Assembly: GCA_946415475.1 (NCBI GenBank)
Contig: CAMKSQ010000004.1
Span: forward strand, 898-64,897
DNA: 64,000 bases
Reading direction: 5' to 3'
DNA from: an uncultured Bacteroidales bacterium
GTDB lineage: Bacteria; Bacteroidota; Bacteroidia; Bacteroidales; UBA932
Shown here one piece after another: positions 1 through 8,655 of this stretch. The notes under the pieces were generated by a model, which was not told where the DNA came from, searched no databases, and saw nothing but the letters and a program-made list of their open reading frames with translations. Position 1 is the stretch's first letter; each line of letters begins with the position of its first letter. Made by a program: the position numbers and the translations under genes.

Positions 1-625
1 CAAAGCCCGTGGCGGTCTTTTTCACATGCATGCAACCGGGATGGCTGCCGCCGGAGACGCAGAGGAGCGTGTCTGCCGACTGATTGAAATTTTCGACCAT
101 GAAATCTCCCCAAATACGGATGTCGTCCGGGTTGCTTGCGTCGGCATCGACAATCAAGTAGTAGGGGATGCAATGCTCGCCGGGTGAATACTGTGCGCCT
201 ACTTCCTTCATGTACCGGTCGATGGCGGCCATATAGCTATCCTCCTCTACGCCACGTTTATAGGCGCAGATCTTCCCGTCTTTCACCTGGACGTCCGTCG
301 TGCCGGGAAGGCCCATGTCCGAATAGCTGACACGGTACCAGCCTTCGCCCAGCGCCTCAATTGCGTTTACGGCCGATTCGTCGGACGGACCGTCCTGCGC
401 TCCCGTGCGAAATACCCAATAAGAGTAGGTATCGTCATAATCGGCCTCCCATATAGCGTCGAGGATATCCTTTGAGAGGACGCTTTTCAGGTATGCGTCC
501 TCTACGGGCTTGCCGCTCAGGATGTGCTCGTAAAAATCGGCGATAAGCTCCGTATCACTCTGCTTGGGTGCACCGCAACCCAGCAGCATCAGGCTTGCGA
601 AAAAGGGAATAAGGATTCTTTTCAT
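1..625 (-). CDS. lipoprotein of unknown function (N-terminal part; gene runs off the left edge)
   Basis: Not in ORF track (no stop inside window). My translation of the reverse strand from ATG 623-625 gives MKRILIPFFASLMLLGCGAPKQSDTELIADFYEHILSGKPVEDAYLKSVL... (lipobox LLGC). The frame stays open to position 1. Confidence 0.6.
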   Translation of the reverse strand, partial: MKRILIPFFASLMLLGCGAPKQSDTELIADFYEHILSGKPVEDAYLKSVLSKDILDAIWEADYDDTYSYWVFRTGAQDGPSDESAVNAIEALGEGWYRVSYSDMGLPGTTDVQVKDGKICAYKRGVEEDSYMAAIDRYMKEVGAQYSPGEHCIPYYLIVDADASNPDDIRIWGDFMVENFNQSADTLLCVSGGSHPGCMHVKKTATGF

Positions 626-648
626 AGTTTTAGATAAATAGGTGACGT

Positions 649-1791
649 TTAACGACTTACGGCCTTGGCGAGTTTACGGCCCAGGGCCTCGCGGTTGAGA
701 TAAATGTAAGTGGTATTCAGGGCGATATAATCGCGGGACATGTACCAGATGCCCTTATAGGGCTCCGTCTCACCCCATGAGTTCTTTACCAGATAGTAGG
801 GGTTCCCGGCCTCATCCACGGCTTTGCCGTAAATGAGCATGACGTGGTCGTAGGTGAACTCCCAGTTGTCCCACTGCTCCTGCCGAAGCTCCTGCGTGGG
901 AACGACGCCTTCCGGGAGCAGCGCAATGCACTCCTTCCTGTAGAAGTCGCCGGAAACGTCTCCGCCCCAGGCTACGGTGTACCCCTTGTCGATGGCCCTG
1001 TCAAGCGCCGCCATCAGCTGGTCGATGGGAATGTTGTAGCTGGGCTTCAGCCGCCATTTGTAGGGCGATTCCAGCACGAACCACTCCTCGAAGGGATGAT
1101 GCGTAAAGCTGGTCAGGCTCACATAATCGTCCATATTGAGGCCGAGCTGATCGGCAAAGGACCTGGGCGTATAGGTTTTTCCTTCATAGACGAAGGTCTC
1201 GGGACATTGGCCGACATACTTGTCGATAACCGCCTGGACGCCTTCCTGCCAGTTCTCTGCGGGCCTTTTGTTGCGGAGCGGGGCCTGCTCTTCCACGGTG
1301 AAACGGTTCAGCTCAGGCTTTCCTTCCTTCCAGACAACCGCGCTGACGGCCCGCTCCAGCTCAGGGAAGAACGTCCTGAAGTTGGCGTACGGGTCTCCGG
1401 TAAGGGAGCCGGGGAGGGGCATCGCGTCCTCCGGGCAGATGCCGTAGCGGCGGATTACATCGGCAACATCGTCACAAGAACCGCCCTCGGAAATCTGGCT
1501 GAATCCGTGCATGCGGACATAGTGCGTGGCGCAGTCCATATAGTCCTTGTTCACCACGAACATCTCGCAGAGGTCGTAGGTCTTGCCGGTTTTGCGGAGA
1601 ATTTCGCTCTCGAAATAGCCTATGGTGGCATAGTCCCAGCAGGTGCCGCTGCGGTACTGGTTTTTCACGCTGGTTATAGGGAGTTCCTTGATGTTCGTGA
1701 AAGTCTTTTGAGGCTGGGCGGACAGGTGCTTTGTCGGCGCGGCAAGCATGGCCAGGACCGAAAGGGCTATCAACAGGTGCTTATTCATCAT
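649..1791 (-). CDS. secreted C1-family (papain-like, aminopeptidase C-like) cysteine peptidase
   Basis: 380-aa ORF with signal peptide MMNKHLLIALSVLAMLAAPTKHLSAQ. Catalytic-Cys context NQYRSGTCWDYA and late VKNSWG motif are typical of C1 peptidases. Confidence 0.85.
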   Translation of the reverse strand: MMNKHLLIALSVLAMLAAPTKHLSAQPQKTFTNIKELPITSVKNQYRSGTCWDYATIGYFESEILRKTGKTYDLCEMFVVNKDYMDCATHYVRMHGFSQISEGGSCDDVADVIRRYGICPEDAMPLPGSLTGDPYANFRTFFPELERAVSAVVWKEGKPELNRFTVEEQAPLRNKRPAENWQEGVQAVIDKYVGQCPETFVYEGKTYTPRSFADQLGLNMDDYVSLTSFTHHPFEEWFVLESPYKWRLKPSYNIPIDQLMAALDRAIDKGYTVAWGGDVSGDFYRKECIALLPEGVVPTQELRQEQWDNWEFTYDHVMLIYGKAVDEAGNPYYLVKNSWGETEPYKGIWYMSRDYIALNTTYIYLNREALGRKLAKAVSR

Positions 1792-1841
1792 GGTCGATAA
1801 TTTGAATGTTTCCCAAATATACTAAATTTCCCTCGATTAAT

Positions 1842-1945
1842 TCGTCCTCTGCCGAATGTCGTCCTTAAAAACGGCCCCCAAATGAGGACGAAAGGGGGTA
1901 AATGTTGGTCTCGTCCTTGAAAATGCCCTGAAACAAGGACGAGAC
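1842..1945 (+). repeat. dual-hairpin element copy 1 (TCGTCCT/AGGACGA stems)
   Basis: Hairpin A is TCGTCCT 1859-1865 / AGGACGA 1885-1891. Hairpin B is GTCTCGTCCTTG 1908-1919 / CAAGGACGAGAC 1934-1945. An extra TCGTCCT half-site lies at 1842-1848. Collinear with the reverse strand of 19557-19642. Confidence 0.7.
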
Positions 1946-1978
1946 AAAAAAAGAGACCTCGAAAAAGGTCTCTTTTTT
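1946..1978. terminator. bidirectional intrinsic terminator
   Basis: AAAAAAGAGACC-tcgaaaa-GGTCTCTTTTTT: a GC stem flanked by an A-run and a T-run. It sits directly 3' of tRNA-Val on the minus strand and would also stop a plus-strand transcript. Confidence 0.75.
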
Positions 1979-2055
1979 GGTAGGGACGATCGGATTCGAA
2001 CCGATGACCTCTTCAATGTGACTGAAGCGCTCTAAACCAGCTGAGCTACGCCCCT
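1978..2055 (-). tRNA. tRNA-Val (anticodon CAC)
   Basis: Reverse strand reads AGGGGCG TA GCTC AGCTGGTTTA GAGC G CTTCA GTCACAT TGAAG AGGTC ATCGG TTCGAAT CCGAT CGTCCCT A CCA, a 78-nt cloverleaf folded by hand. The anticodon loop gives U33-CAC-A37 and CCA is encoded. Confidence 0.85.
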
Positions 2056-2066
2056 GTTGGGGAATG

Positions 2067-2097
2067 CAAAGGTAGTATCTTTTCTGGAAATAGCAAA
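2067..2097 (-). promoter_or_regulatory. Bacteroides-type promoter of tRNA-Val
   Basis: Sense strand has TTTG (2094-2097), a 19-nt gap, then TACCTTTG (2067-2074), 11 nt upstream of the tRNA 5' end. This matches the TTTG(-33)/TAnnTTTG(-7) consensus. Confidence 0.7.
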
Positions 2098-2104
2098 ATT
2101 TATT

Positions 2105-3100
2105 TTAATTTTCTTCGCTGGGGCGTTTTTCACTCTCCGGGTCATAGCAGTAGGGGCCCATGGTAACGCTGCTCACGGCGCCTACAAGGCCCAGGCCGCC
2201 CTTGACATTGCTCCAGGTGAAGTTGGCGGGGATGAGCCCCATGTTGGACAGGAAGTCAAAATTGCTCTGGAACATGGCCTTGGCAAAGAGGAAGAATTCC
2301 TCTGAAAGCCTGTAGAAAGTGAAGGTATATTCCGTGTGGGTTTCCACGGGCTCAATCTTCTCCTTGTCCTCTTTCTGGTTGCCCACCTCTCCGCTGGTAA
2401 TGCCACCGCCGGCAGCACCCGTGTCACCCTCCGGCATGCGGCCCCGGATAGTATCCAGCAGCTGCGCGTCAAACGACCCCAGGTAGAACGTATATTCATT
2501 CCCCTCGAACTGTTTCTTGGTAACCATGGTGAGTGGCTGGTAAGTGGGCCCGCCCATAAACGTGCCGTCAAAATTCACCTGCATGAAGTCTTCCAGGTCG
2601 AAGCTGCCGCTTTGGATCAGCGTCAGAATATAGCCCGGCGTGGCATAGGTAGTGGTATCTTTCACGGTGCCGTCCTCATAAACCAGTTGCTGGTCCCGCT
2701 GGATGCAAATGCCATAGTATTCGCCCTCTCCCGGTTCATGAGCCAGTTTGAACGTGACTTGCGTAACCACCAGCGTGTCGATAGGGAAGGTCCTTGCAGA
2801 GACATTCACCAGATCCGGCACGGGCGGCACGGTAGTGCTTCCGCTGGCGGTGCCGATGCCATCGGCCTGTATTTCCAGCGAGAAACGGTCTCCGTCCAGG
2901 GTGGTGCGCACGTCCATCGACACGTCTTCCATCTGCTTGCCGCTCACCGGATTGGCCACCTGCTGGGTGACGAAAACCTCCCCGTTGTGGGCGATGCCCT
3001 GCACGTAAATGCGCGGTTGCCCGTTCTGCTCCAGTTGGAACGGAATTTCGCAGGAGGCGGCCAGCAGCAGCATCGACAATATGTAAAAGACTTTTTTCAT
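2105..3100 (-). CDS. DUF4249-family lipoprotein
   Basis: 331-aa ORF with lipoprotein signal (MLLLAASC). C-terminal SNVKGGLGLVGAVSS resembles the conserved DUF4249 motif. It has a 1-nt TGATG overlap with the upstream TonB-dependent receptor, its usual partner. Confidence 0.8.
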   Translation of the reverse strand: MKKVFYILSMLLLAASCEIPFQLEQNGQPRIYVQGIAHNGEVFVTQQVANPVSGKQMEDVSMDVRTTLDGDRFSLEIQADGIGTASGSTTVPPVPDLVNVSARTFPIDTLVVTQVTFKLAHEPGEGEYYGICIQRDQQLVYEDGTVKDTTTYATPGYILTLIQSGSFDLEDFMQVNFDGTFMGGPTYQPLTMVTKKQFEGNEYTFYLGSFDAQLLDTIRGRMPEGDTGAAGGGITSGEVGNQKEDKEKIEPVETHTEYTFTFYRLSEEFFLFAKAMFQSNFDFLSNMGLIPANFTWSNVKGGLGLVGAVSSVTMGPYCYDPESEKRPSEEN

Positions 3101-5199
3101 CAGAACTTATACGTGACGGTGAAGGTGGGGATGATGGGGATGAGGCCGTAAGCCATGCCGCTGAAGTTGCCGTCCTTGTCCGTGCGCAGGAAGGCCAGCG
3201 AGGCGTTCAGGTGGTTGTAGGTATTGTAGATGCTCAGGTTCACTTTGAGCCCGTGCCCGTTGCGGAAGGTGGTAGTAAAGTCCACGCCGATGTCCAGGCG
3301 GTGGTAGTCCGGCAGCTGCATGTTATACGGTGCGTCGTACAGGTAGCGGCGCTTGCCGTCCACCTCGATGTAGTGCGAGGGGAAAGTGATGCGGTTGCCC
3401 GAATGGTAGTTCCAGTTGGCAAACGCCTCCCAGTGCTTGGCAAAGTGCCAGGAAGCGATGAGATTGATTTTGTGTCGATTGTCGAGGCGGTCCGGATACC
3501 AGTCGGGGTAGATGGCCTCGAAGAAGCGGCGCGACCACGACAGGGTGTAATAGGCGGTGAGGGTAAGCGGCCCCTTGCTGTACGTGGCTTCCACCTCCAT
3601 CCCGTAGGAACGTCCACGGCCCTCCGTGAAGGACTTTTCCCATTCGGTGATGGGCGGTACAAACGTGTTGATGCCATTGTACACCAACATGTGCTCCATG
3701 GTCTTGTACCAGCCTTCCAGGTTGAACTTGAACGGGCCGAAGGTGGTAAAGATGCCGCCGGCCACCTGGTCGCTGAGCATGGGCCGGGCGTTCGCCGTAG
3801 AAGGCATCCAGCTGTTGGACGGCAGGTCCATGTACACGGCCGATACCAAGTGCGCGAACTGGCTCATGCGCGTATAGGACAGTTTGGCCGATATAGAATT
3901 GTTAATCAGCCATTTAAACGCCACACGCGGCTCAAACGACGGATAGGTTTTCCCGGGCGTGGAGAACAGGGCGATGCGCAGGCCCGCGTTGAGCGTAAGG
4001 TTGTACCGGAGGAAAATCTCGTCCTCCGCATAGATAGCTGGTTCAAAGGCCCGATAGCCCTGCGACACGTCGTCGGAATTCTTGGAAGTGGGCACGCCGT
4101 CTTCTTCACTGAGCGATGAAAACGCGCGTCCGGAATGGTACCAATGGTACTGGGCGCTGAGCCCGAAGCGGACACGGTTGTACTGGTTGGGCAGCCACTC
4201 CCAGTTGGAGGTAAGGCCCACCTCACGCACATAGGCGATGTCATTATCGTCCATGGCGTTGCGCGTGGAAATGCCCTCTTTCTGGCCCAGGAACTCGAAG
4301 TTGTACCCGGTGTCCGAGTCGCTTTGCGTATAATAGAGTGCCGATTTGACCTTCAGCTTCTTGGAGAACTCGTAAAAATGCGAGACTGAGCCGGTTAAGC
4401 TGCCCCATTTAACGCCGATCTTCATGTTCGATTTCCCCTTGTTTTCCAGGGAGGCGCGGAGGTCATCGGCACCGGTATAAAAGCACGCATTGAGCACGTT
4501 GCCGGGGGAGAAGCGGTGCGTTACGCGGGCGTTGATGTCCCACATGGCATAGCTGCCGCCCACGGTCTCGTCGGGCCCGTTGCGCCGGTTGGCGTACCAG
4601 ATGGCGGGAATGGTGACCACATCCATCCACGTACGCCGCAGTCCGACGTTAAAGGAAGTTTTTTCCTTGACGATAGGCCCTTCCACCTGTACGCGCCCGT
4701 CGATGAGCCCCAGCGACGCACTGCCGTGGTACTCCTTCATGTTGCCCTCGCGGGTTTCCACATCCACCACCGACGACATGCGGCCGCCATACCTGGCCGG
4801 GAAACCGCTCTTGTAAAAGTCCAGGTTGTCGATGATGTCCGTATTGAAACTGGAGAACAGGCCGCCGAAGTGGCTGATGTTGTACAGCGGAACGCCGTCC
4901 AGCAGGAAGAGGTTGTCGTTGCCGTCCCCGCCGTGCACGTAGAGGCCGCTCATGAGCTCATTGCCCGCGGCCACGCCCGGCAGCATCTGCAGCTTCTTGA
5001 TGATGTCCGGGGTGCCAAAAACGGCAATGCCGGAGGTGAGCTGCTTGCTGTCGATGTGCACGAGGCCGGTCTGGGTGGTGTTACGGGTTTTTTCCCGCAG
5101 GGCCGATATGCGCGAAGCGTCCAGCGTATCCGCCAGCTCCTGCGCCTGCAGGGTCACTGCCCCCAGCAAAAGCAACCATATAACTAACACCCTCTTCAT
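3100..5199 (-). CDS. TonB-dependent outer-membrane receptor
   Basis: 699-aa ORF with signal peptide and plug-domain motifs (IIKKLQMLPGV, LFLLDGVPLYN, FPARYGGRMSSVVDV). C-terminus ends ...TFTVTYKF. Confidence 0.9.
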   Translation of the reverse strand: MKRVLVIWLLLLGAVTLQAQELADTLDASRISALREKTRNTTQTGLVHIDSKQLTSGIAVFGTPDIIKKLQMLPGVAAGNELMSGLYVHGGDGNDNLFLLDGVPLYNISHFGGLFSSFNTDIIDNLDFYKSGFPARYGGRMSSVVDVETREGNMKEYHGSASLGLIDGRVQVEGPIVKEKTSFNVGLRRTWMDVVTIPAIWYANRRNGPDETVGGSYAMWDINARVTHRFSPGNVLNACFYTGADDLRASLENKGKSNMKIGVKWGSLTGSVSHFYEFSKKLKVKSALYYTQSDSDTGYNFEFLGQKEGISTRNAMDDNDIAYVREVGLTSNWEWLPNQYNRVRFGLSAQYHWYHSGRAFSSLSEEDGVPTSKNSDDVSQGYRAFEPAIYAEDEIFLRYNLTLNAGLRIALFSTPGKTYPSFEPRVAFKWLINNSISAKLSYTRMSQFAHLVSAVYMDLPSNSWMPSTANARPMLSDQVAGGIFTTFGPFKFNLEGWYKTMEHMLVYNGINTFVPPITEWEKSFTEGRGRSYGMEVEATYSKGPLTLTAYYTLSWSRRFFEAIYPDWYPDRLDNRHKINLIASWHFAKHWEAFANWNYHSGNRITFPSHYIEVDGKRRYLYDAPYNMQLPDYHRLDIGVDFTTTFRNGHGLKVNLSIYNTYNHLNASLAFLRTDKDGNFSGMAYGLIPIIPTFTVTYKF

Positions 5200-5207
5200 A
5201 GAGAGTG

Positions 5208-5215
5208 CAAAGGTA
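5208..5215 (-). promoter_or_regulatory. -7 box (TACCTTTG) for the TonB-dependent receptor gene
   Basis: Sense TACCTTTG lies 8 nt upstream of ATG 5199, and ATTG lies 19 nt further upstream. Confidence 0.5.
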
Positions 5216-5223
5216 CAATTATT

Positions 5224-6507
5224 TTATTCACCTGCAATGATTTGGCGCGCTTCTTCGCTGGTGGGAATGCCAAAATGTTCATCCACGCGGGAACGCAGGG
5301 CTTCCAGGCGGGCGCGGTGCTCCACCACCTTGTTCTCCACAAACACGGCTACGCAGGAGAGGAAATAATACACCACGGTCTGGATGGTCATGGCCCGGAT
5401 TTCCGGGGCGATGTCCTGCAGGGTGCAGCCGGCGGTGTTCAGGTTGATGAACGCCCGGCAGCCGAAGGTGGAAGGGAAGAGGAGCCCCACCTTTTGCCAG
5501 AACGCCGGGATGGCGGTGGTGGGCCAGGAAAAGCCCGTGAGGAACAGGCAGATGGGGGAGACGGACAGGAACAGCACAAATACCGTTTCCCGCTTCCAGA
5601 TGAGGGTGGACCAGGTGAAGGTGAAGAAAATGCAGTCCAGGATGTAGAACACCAGGAGCACCATCACATCGCCCCAGAAGGCATGTTGCGGCAGGCGGAA
5701 CAGCCAGGGGATGAACAGGGCGATGATGGTTCCCGTTACCAGGTAGATGGCAAGGTAGGCGGCCCCGCGGCCCAGTACCACACGGCCTACCCCCAGTCCT
5801 TGCAACTGTTTGGGCAGGGAGGCAAAGCTCCGGTTCTGCTCGCGCAGCGTGCCGGCCAGCAGCGACCCGCCGTAGAACATGGTCTGCTGAATCACCAGCA
5901 GCAGCGCGGCGGAAATGAAAAAGATGGTATAGGAGAAGGGCCGGTTATAAGGCATTTGTTCGTCCGAAAGCACCGGCTGCACCAGCTGGTAGGCGCTCTG
6001 GCCGTCCAGGCCGGCCGCCGTATAACGCTCGGTCTGAATGGTGTGCATCTCGTCCAGCATGGTGAGGCTGGTGCCCATGGTGAGGCACTTGTAGTACAGG
6101 AAGCTGGACATGTCGGCATAGGTGGAAATGACGCCTTGCTCGCCGCGTACGATCCGGGCATCGAAATCGGCAGGAATATATATTACTCCGTGCACCACCT
6201 GCCGCTGCATCAGCTGTTTGGCTTCTTCCAGGGAGGTGCAGTAGGTGAGGATTTCGCACTCGCGCGTGGCATCGACCTTCTGGAGATAGCGACGGCTGTA
6301 GGAACCGCCGGAGAGATCCACTACCGCTACGGGCATATCGTCCACCGTACCGTTCTTGTAAATGAGGTTGTACAGCACGGGGTACAGCAGGCCGCCCACG
6401 AAGAAGATGACCATCACTCCTCCATCGGTGAAAATGAGCTTGAGCTCATGGACAAAGATGCTGTACCAGTTGCGCAGCCACAGGCCGATATAGTTAGTCT
6501 CTTTCAT
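5224..6507 (-). CDS. ABC-2 type transporter permease (YhhJ/YbhR-like)
   Basis: 427-aa ORF with an N-terminal TM, a large extracytoplasmic loop and a C-terminal multi-TM block. It overlaps its upstream paralog by 14 nt. Confidence 0.85.
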   Translation of the reverse strand: MKETNYIGLWLRNWYSIFVHELKLIFTDGGVMVIFFVGGLLYPVLYNLIYKNGTVDDMPVAVVDLSGGSYSRRYLQKVDATRECEILTYCTSLEEAKQLMQRQVVHGVIYIPADFDARIVRGEQGVISTYADMSSFLYYKCLTMGTSLTMLDEMHTIQTERYTAAGLDGQSAYQLVQPVLSDEQMPYNRPFSYTIFFISAALLLVIQQTMFYGGSLLAGTLREQNRSFASLPKQLQGLGVGRVVLGRGAAYLAIYLVTGTIIALFIPWLFRLPQHAFWGDVMVLLVFYILDCIFFTFTWSTLIWKRETVFVLFLSVSPICLFLTGFSWPTTAIPAFWQKVGLLFPSTFGCRAFINLNTAGCTLQDIAPEIRAMTIQTVVYYFLSCVAVFVENKVVEHRARLEALRSRVDEHFGIPTSEEARQIIAGE

Positions 6508-7654
6508 AGTTTTGATTCACATAAGCGTCTTCCAGCCTTCTCATGAGCAGGGGAGGAAGCAGCAGGAACACTAACAGGTGCACCATCTCCTGCCAGCAGC
6601 CGGCAAAACCGCTGCCCCAGAGCGTCTGCTGCACATGGAACAGGTAATAGTGCCGTAAAGGGAACATGGCGCTGAAGCCCTGCACGTAGGGCGGCATGGA
6701 GCTCACCGGCAGGGAGAAGCCGGCCAGCGAGAAGCCCAGCACGCTGATGATGGCCCCCACGCTGATAGCGAGGCGCAGCACCGGGAACAGTTCAATAATG
6801 AGCAGCCCCACAGCCTCCGAAGCCGTCACCAGGAGCAGGATATCCACAAACATCCACCACAGGGACCCCTGCAGCGGGTACTTCAGCCAGTGGAACAGAA
6901 GAAGTTCCAGACCGATGCCCAGCGCCGTAAAAATGAGGTTGTAGGGGAGGAGCTTTCCCAGCAGCGCCTTTCCGATGGAGCCGCCGGTCGTGCGCATCAA
7001 GTGCTTTGAGGTGCCGTATTTGAGCTCGGAGCCCACCGCGTAAATGGTAATCAGGATGACAATCATCTCCAGCACGCCCGGCAGGATAACGCCGTTGAGG
7101 TACACCCCGTAGTTGGTGGCCGGATTGCCAATCTGGTGCTGGTCCATCACGATGGGCTGGATGCGTCCGCGGATTTCCCGCTCGTTCACGCCCTTGGCAC
7201 GCAGCACCTGGCGCTGGACGGCGCCATTGGTGAGGTTGGCCATGGTGAGGACGTCCTTGTACGCCAGGGCGCCACCCACAAAGTACAGCGAGTTCACGTA
7301 GTAGGAAAGGTGCGGCTGGCGGCTGGCCTGGATATCGGCATTGAAACCTTCCGGAATGAGGACGAAGGCGGTGATTTTTCCCGTTTGCATGTCGGCGCGG
7401 GCGCGGTGGAGGTCGTCATAGTAGATGACCTTGCCAAGCTGCGTGGCGTCCAGCTGCGTGGCGAAGGAACGCGATGTGGAGCTTTGGTCCCGGTCCACAA
7501 GGCCGATCGGAAGGTCGTGCGGGAGGCCGTCCTGCATGAGGGAGAGGTAGAACACCGTATTCACCAGCAGCACCCCCAGCGAGGCGAGGATGTACAGCGG
7601 GCGTTTCCGGATAATCAGGAGCTCCCTCCGGACAACTTTGTAGATGGAATTCAT
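6494..7654 (-). CDS. ABC-2 type transporter permease (paralog)
   Basis: 386-aa ORF with the same architecture as 5224-6507. 4-nt overlap with the HlyD gene. Confidence 0.85.
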   Translation of the reverse strand: MNSIYKVVRRELLIIRKRPLYILASLGVLLVNTVFYLSLMQDGLPHDLPIGLVDRDQSSTSRSFATQLDATQLGKVIYYDDLHRARADMQTGKITAFVLIPEGFNADIQASRQPHLSYYVNSLYFVGGALAYKDVLTMANLTNGAVQRQVLRAKGVNEREIRGRIQPIVMDQHQIGNPATNYGVYLNGVILPGVLEMIVILITIYAVGSELKYGTSKHLMRTTGGSIGKALLGKLLPYNLIFTALGIGLELLLFHWLKYPLQGSLWWMFVDILLLVTASEAVGLLIIELFPVLRLAISVGAIISVLGFSLAGFSLPVSSMPPYVQGFSAMFPLRHYYLFHVQQTLWGSGFAGCWQEMVHLLVFLLLPPLLMRRLEDAYVNQNYERD

Positions 7655-8646
7655 TGCTCCTCCCGCGTCAGGATTACGCTCATGCCGGGACGCAGGCCAT
7701 CGACCTGGTGGTTGGGCCGGGCGCGTACTTCAAAGGTTTTGGTGTCGAACTCGCCAATCTCACGCGTGGCCTTCCAGGTGGCGTAGGACTCGCGGGCGGC
7801 CAGGTAATAGACGGTAGCCGTTACTTCGCGCTTGTTCAGGGCGGGGATGGTGAGAAGAATCTGGTCCCCGGACTGCATCCCATTCAGGCGGTCTTCGCGC
7901 ACGTTGAAGGTGAACCACATGTCGGACAGGTCCTGGATGGTCATGATGGGCGCGCCCTGGCCCACCAGCTCGCCCACCTTGGGATAGATATCGGCAATGA
8001 CCCCGTCCGAGGGGGAGGTGAGGCGAATCTCGTCCCGATAGGAATTCACCAGCTCCACGGCGGCGTTGGCCCTTTCCACCAGCGCGATGGCGGCGTCCTT
8101 GTCTTCCTGGCGGGCGCCCTTGACGGCCATGGAATACTGGCTGTAAGCGGCCTTGGTGGTGGCCTGGGCGGCACGGTACTGCGCTTCTACCTCGTCATAC
8201 TTCTGGTCCGACACCACCTTTTGCTCGTGCAGGGAACGGATGCGCTCGAAGGACTTGCGCATCACTTGTTCACCCACCTTGGCCTTTTGCCAAAGCTCGT
8301 AAGCGCCGGTAATCTGCTCTTGCCGGGCGCCGTGCATGGCCTTGTCCTTCTGGGCGGTGGCGGCTGCCTTGGCGGCATTGGCCTCCGCAATCTTGGAACG
8401 GATTTCCGGCGAGTCGATAATCACCAGCGTGTCGCCTTTTCTGACCAGCTGGCCTTCGATGCCGCGGAACTCCTCGATTCGGCCCGGAACTTTGCCGGAA
8501 ATGCGGTACTCCGTGGCCTCTGCCTCACCCTGGATGACGATGGGCTTGGGACGGGAAACGATGTATCCGACGATGGAAATGACAAGTAAAATGGCAACCA
8601 AAGCCGCAACCCCTATCAGGAGGTTGTAATTCTTCTGTGATTTCAT
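7651..8646 (-). CDS. HlyD-family periplasmic adaptor (membrane fusion protein)
   Basis: 331-aa ORF with a single N-terminal TM (LLIGVAALVAILLVISIVGYIV), lipoyl-like PGRIEEF...GDTLVIID and a coiled-coil middle, as in YbhG/HlyD. Confidence 0.88.
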   Translation of the reverse strand: MKSQKNYNLLIGVAALVAILLVISIVGYIVSRPKPIVIQGEAEATEYRISGKVPGRIEEFRGIEGQLVRKGDTLVIIDSPEIRSKIAEANAAKAAATAQKDKAMHGARQEQITGAYELWQKAKVGEQVMRKSFERIRSLHEQKVVSDQKYDEVEAQYRAAQATTKAAYSQYSMAVKGARQEDKDAAIALVERANAAVELVNSYRDEIRLTSPSDGVIADIYPKVGELVGQGAPIMTIQDLSDMWFTFNVREDRLNGMQSGDQILLTIPALNKREVTATVYYLAARESYATWKATREIGEFDTKTFEVRARPNHQVDGLRPGMSVILTREEQ

Positions 8647-8655
8647 AAGGAAAGT

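Noticed and set aside
136-330. 64-aa plus-strand ORF at the left edge.
   Set aside because: It lies antisense within the partial lipoprotein gene (1-625, minus). Its translation is Arg/Ser/Pro-rich and not protein-like.
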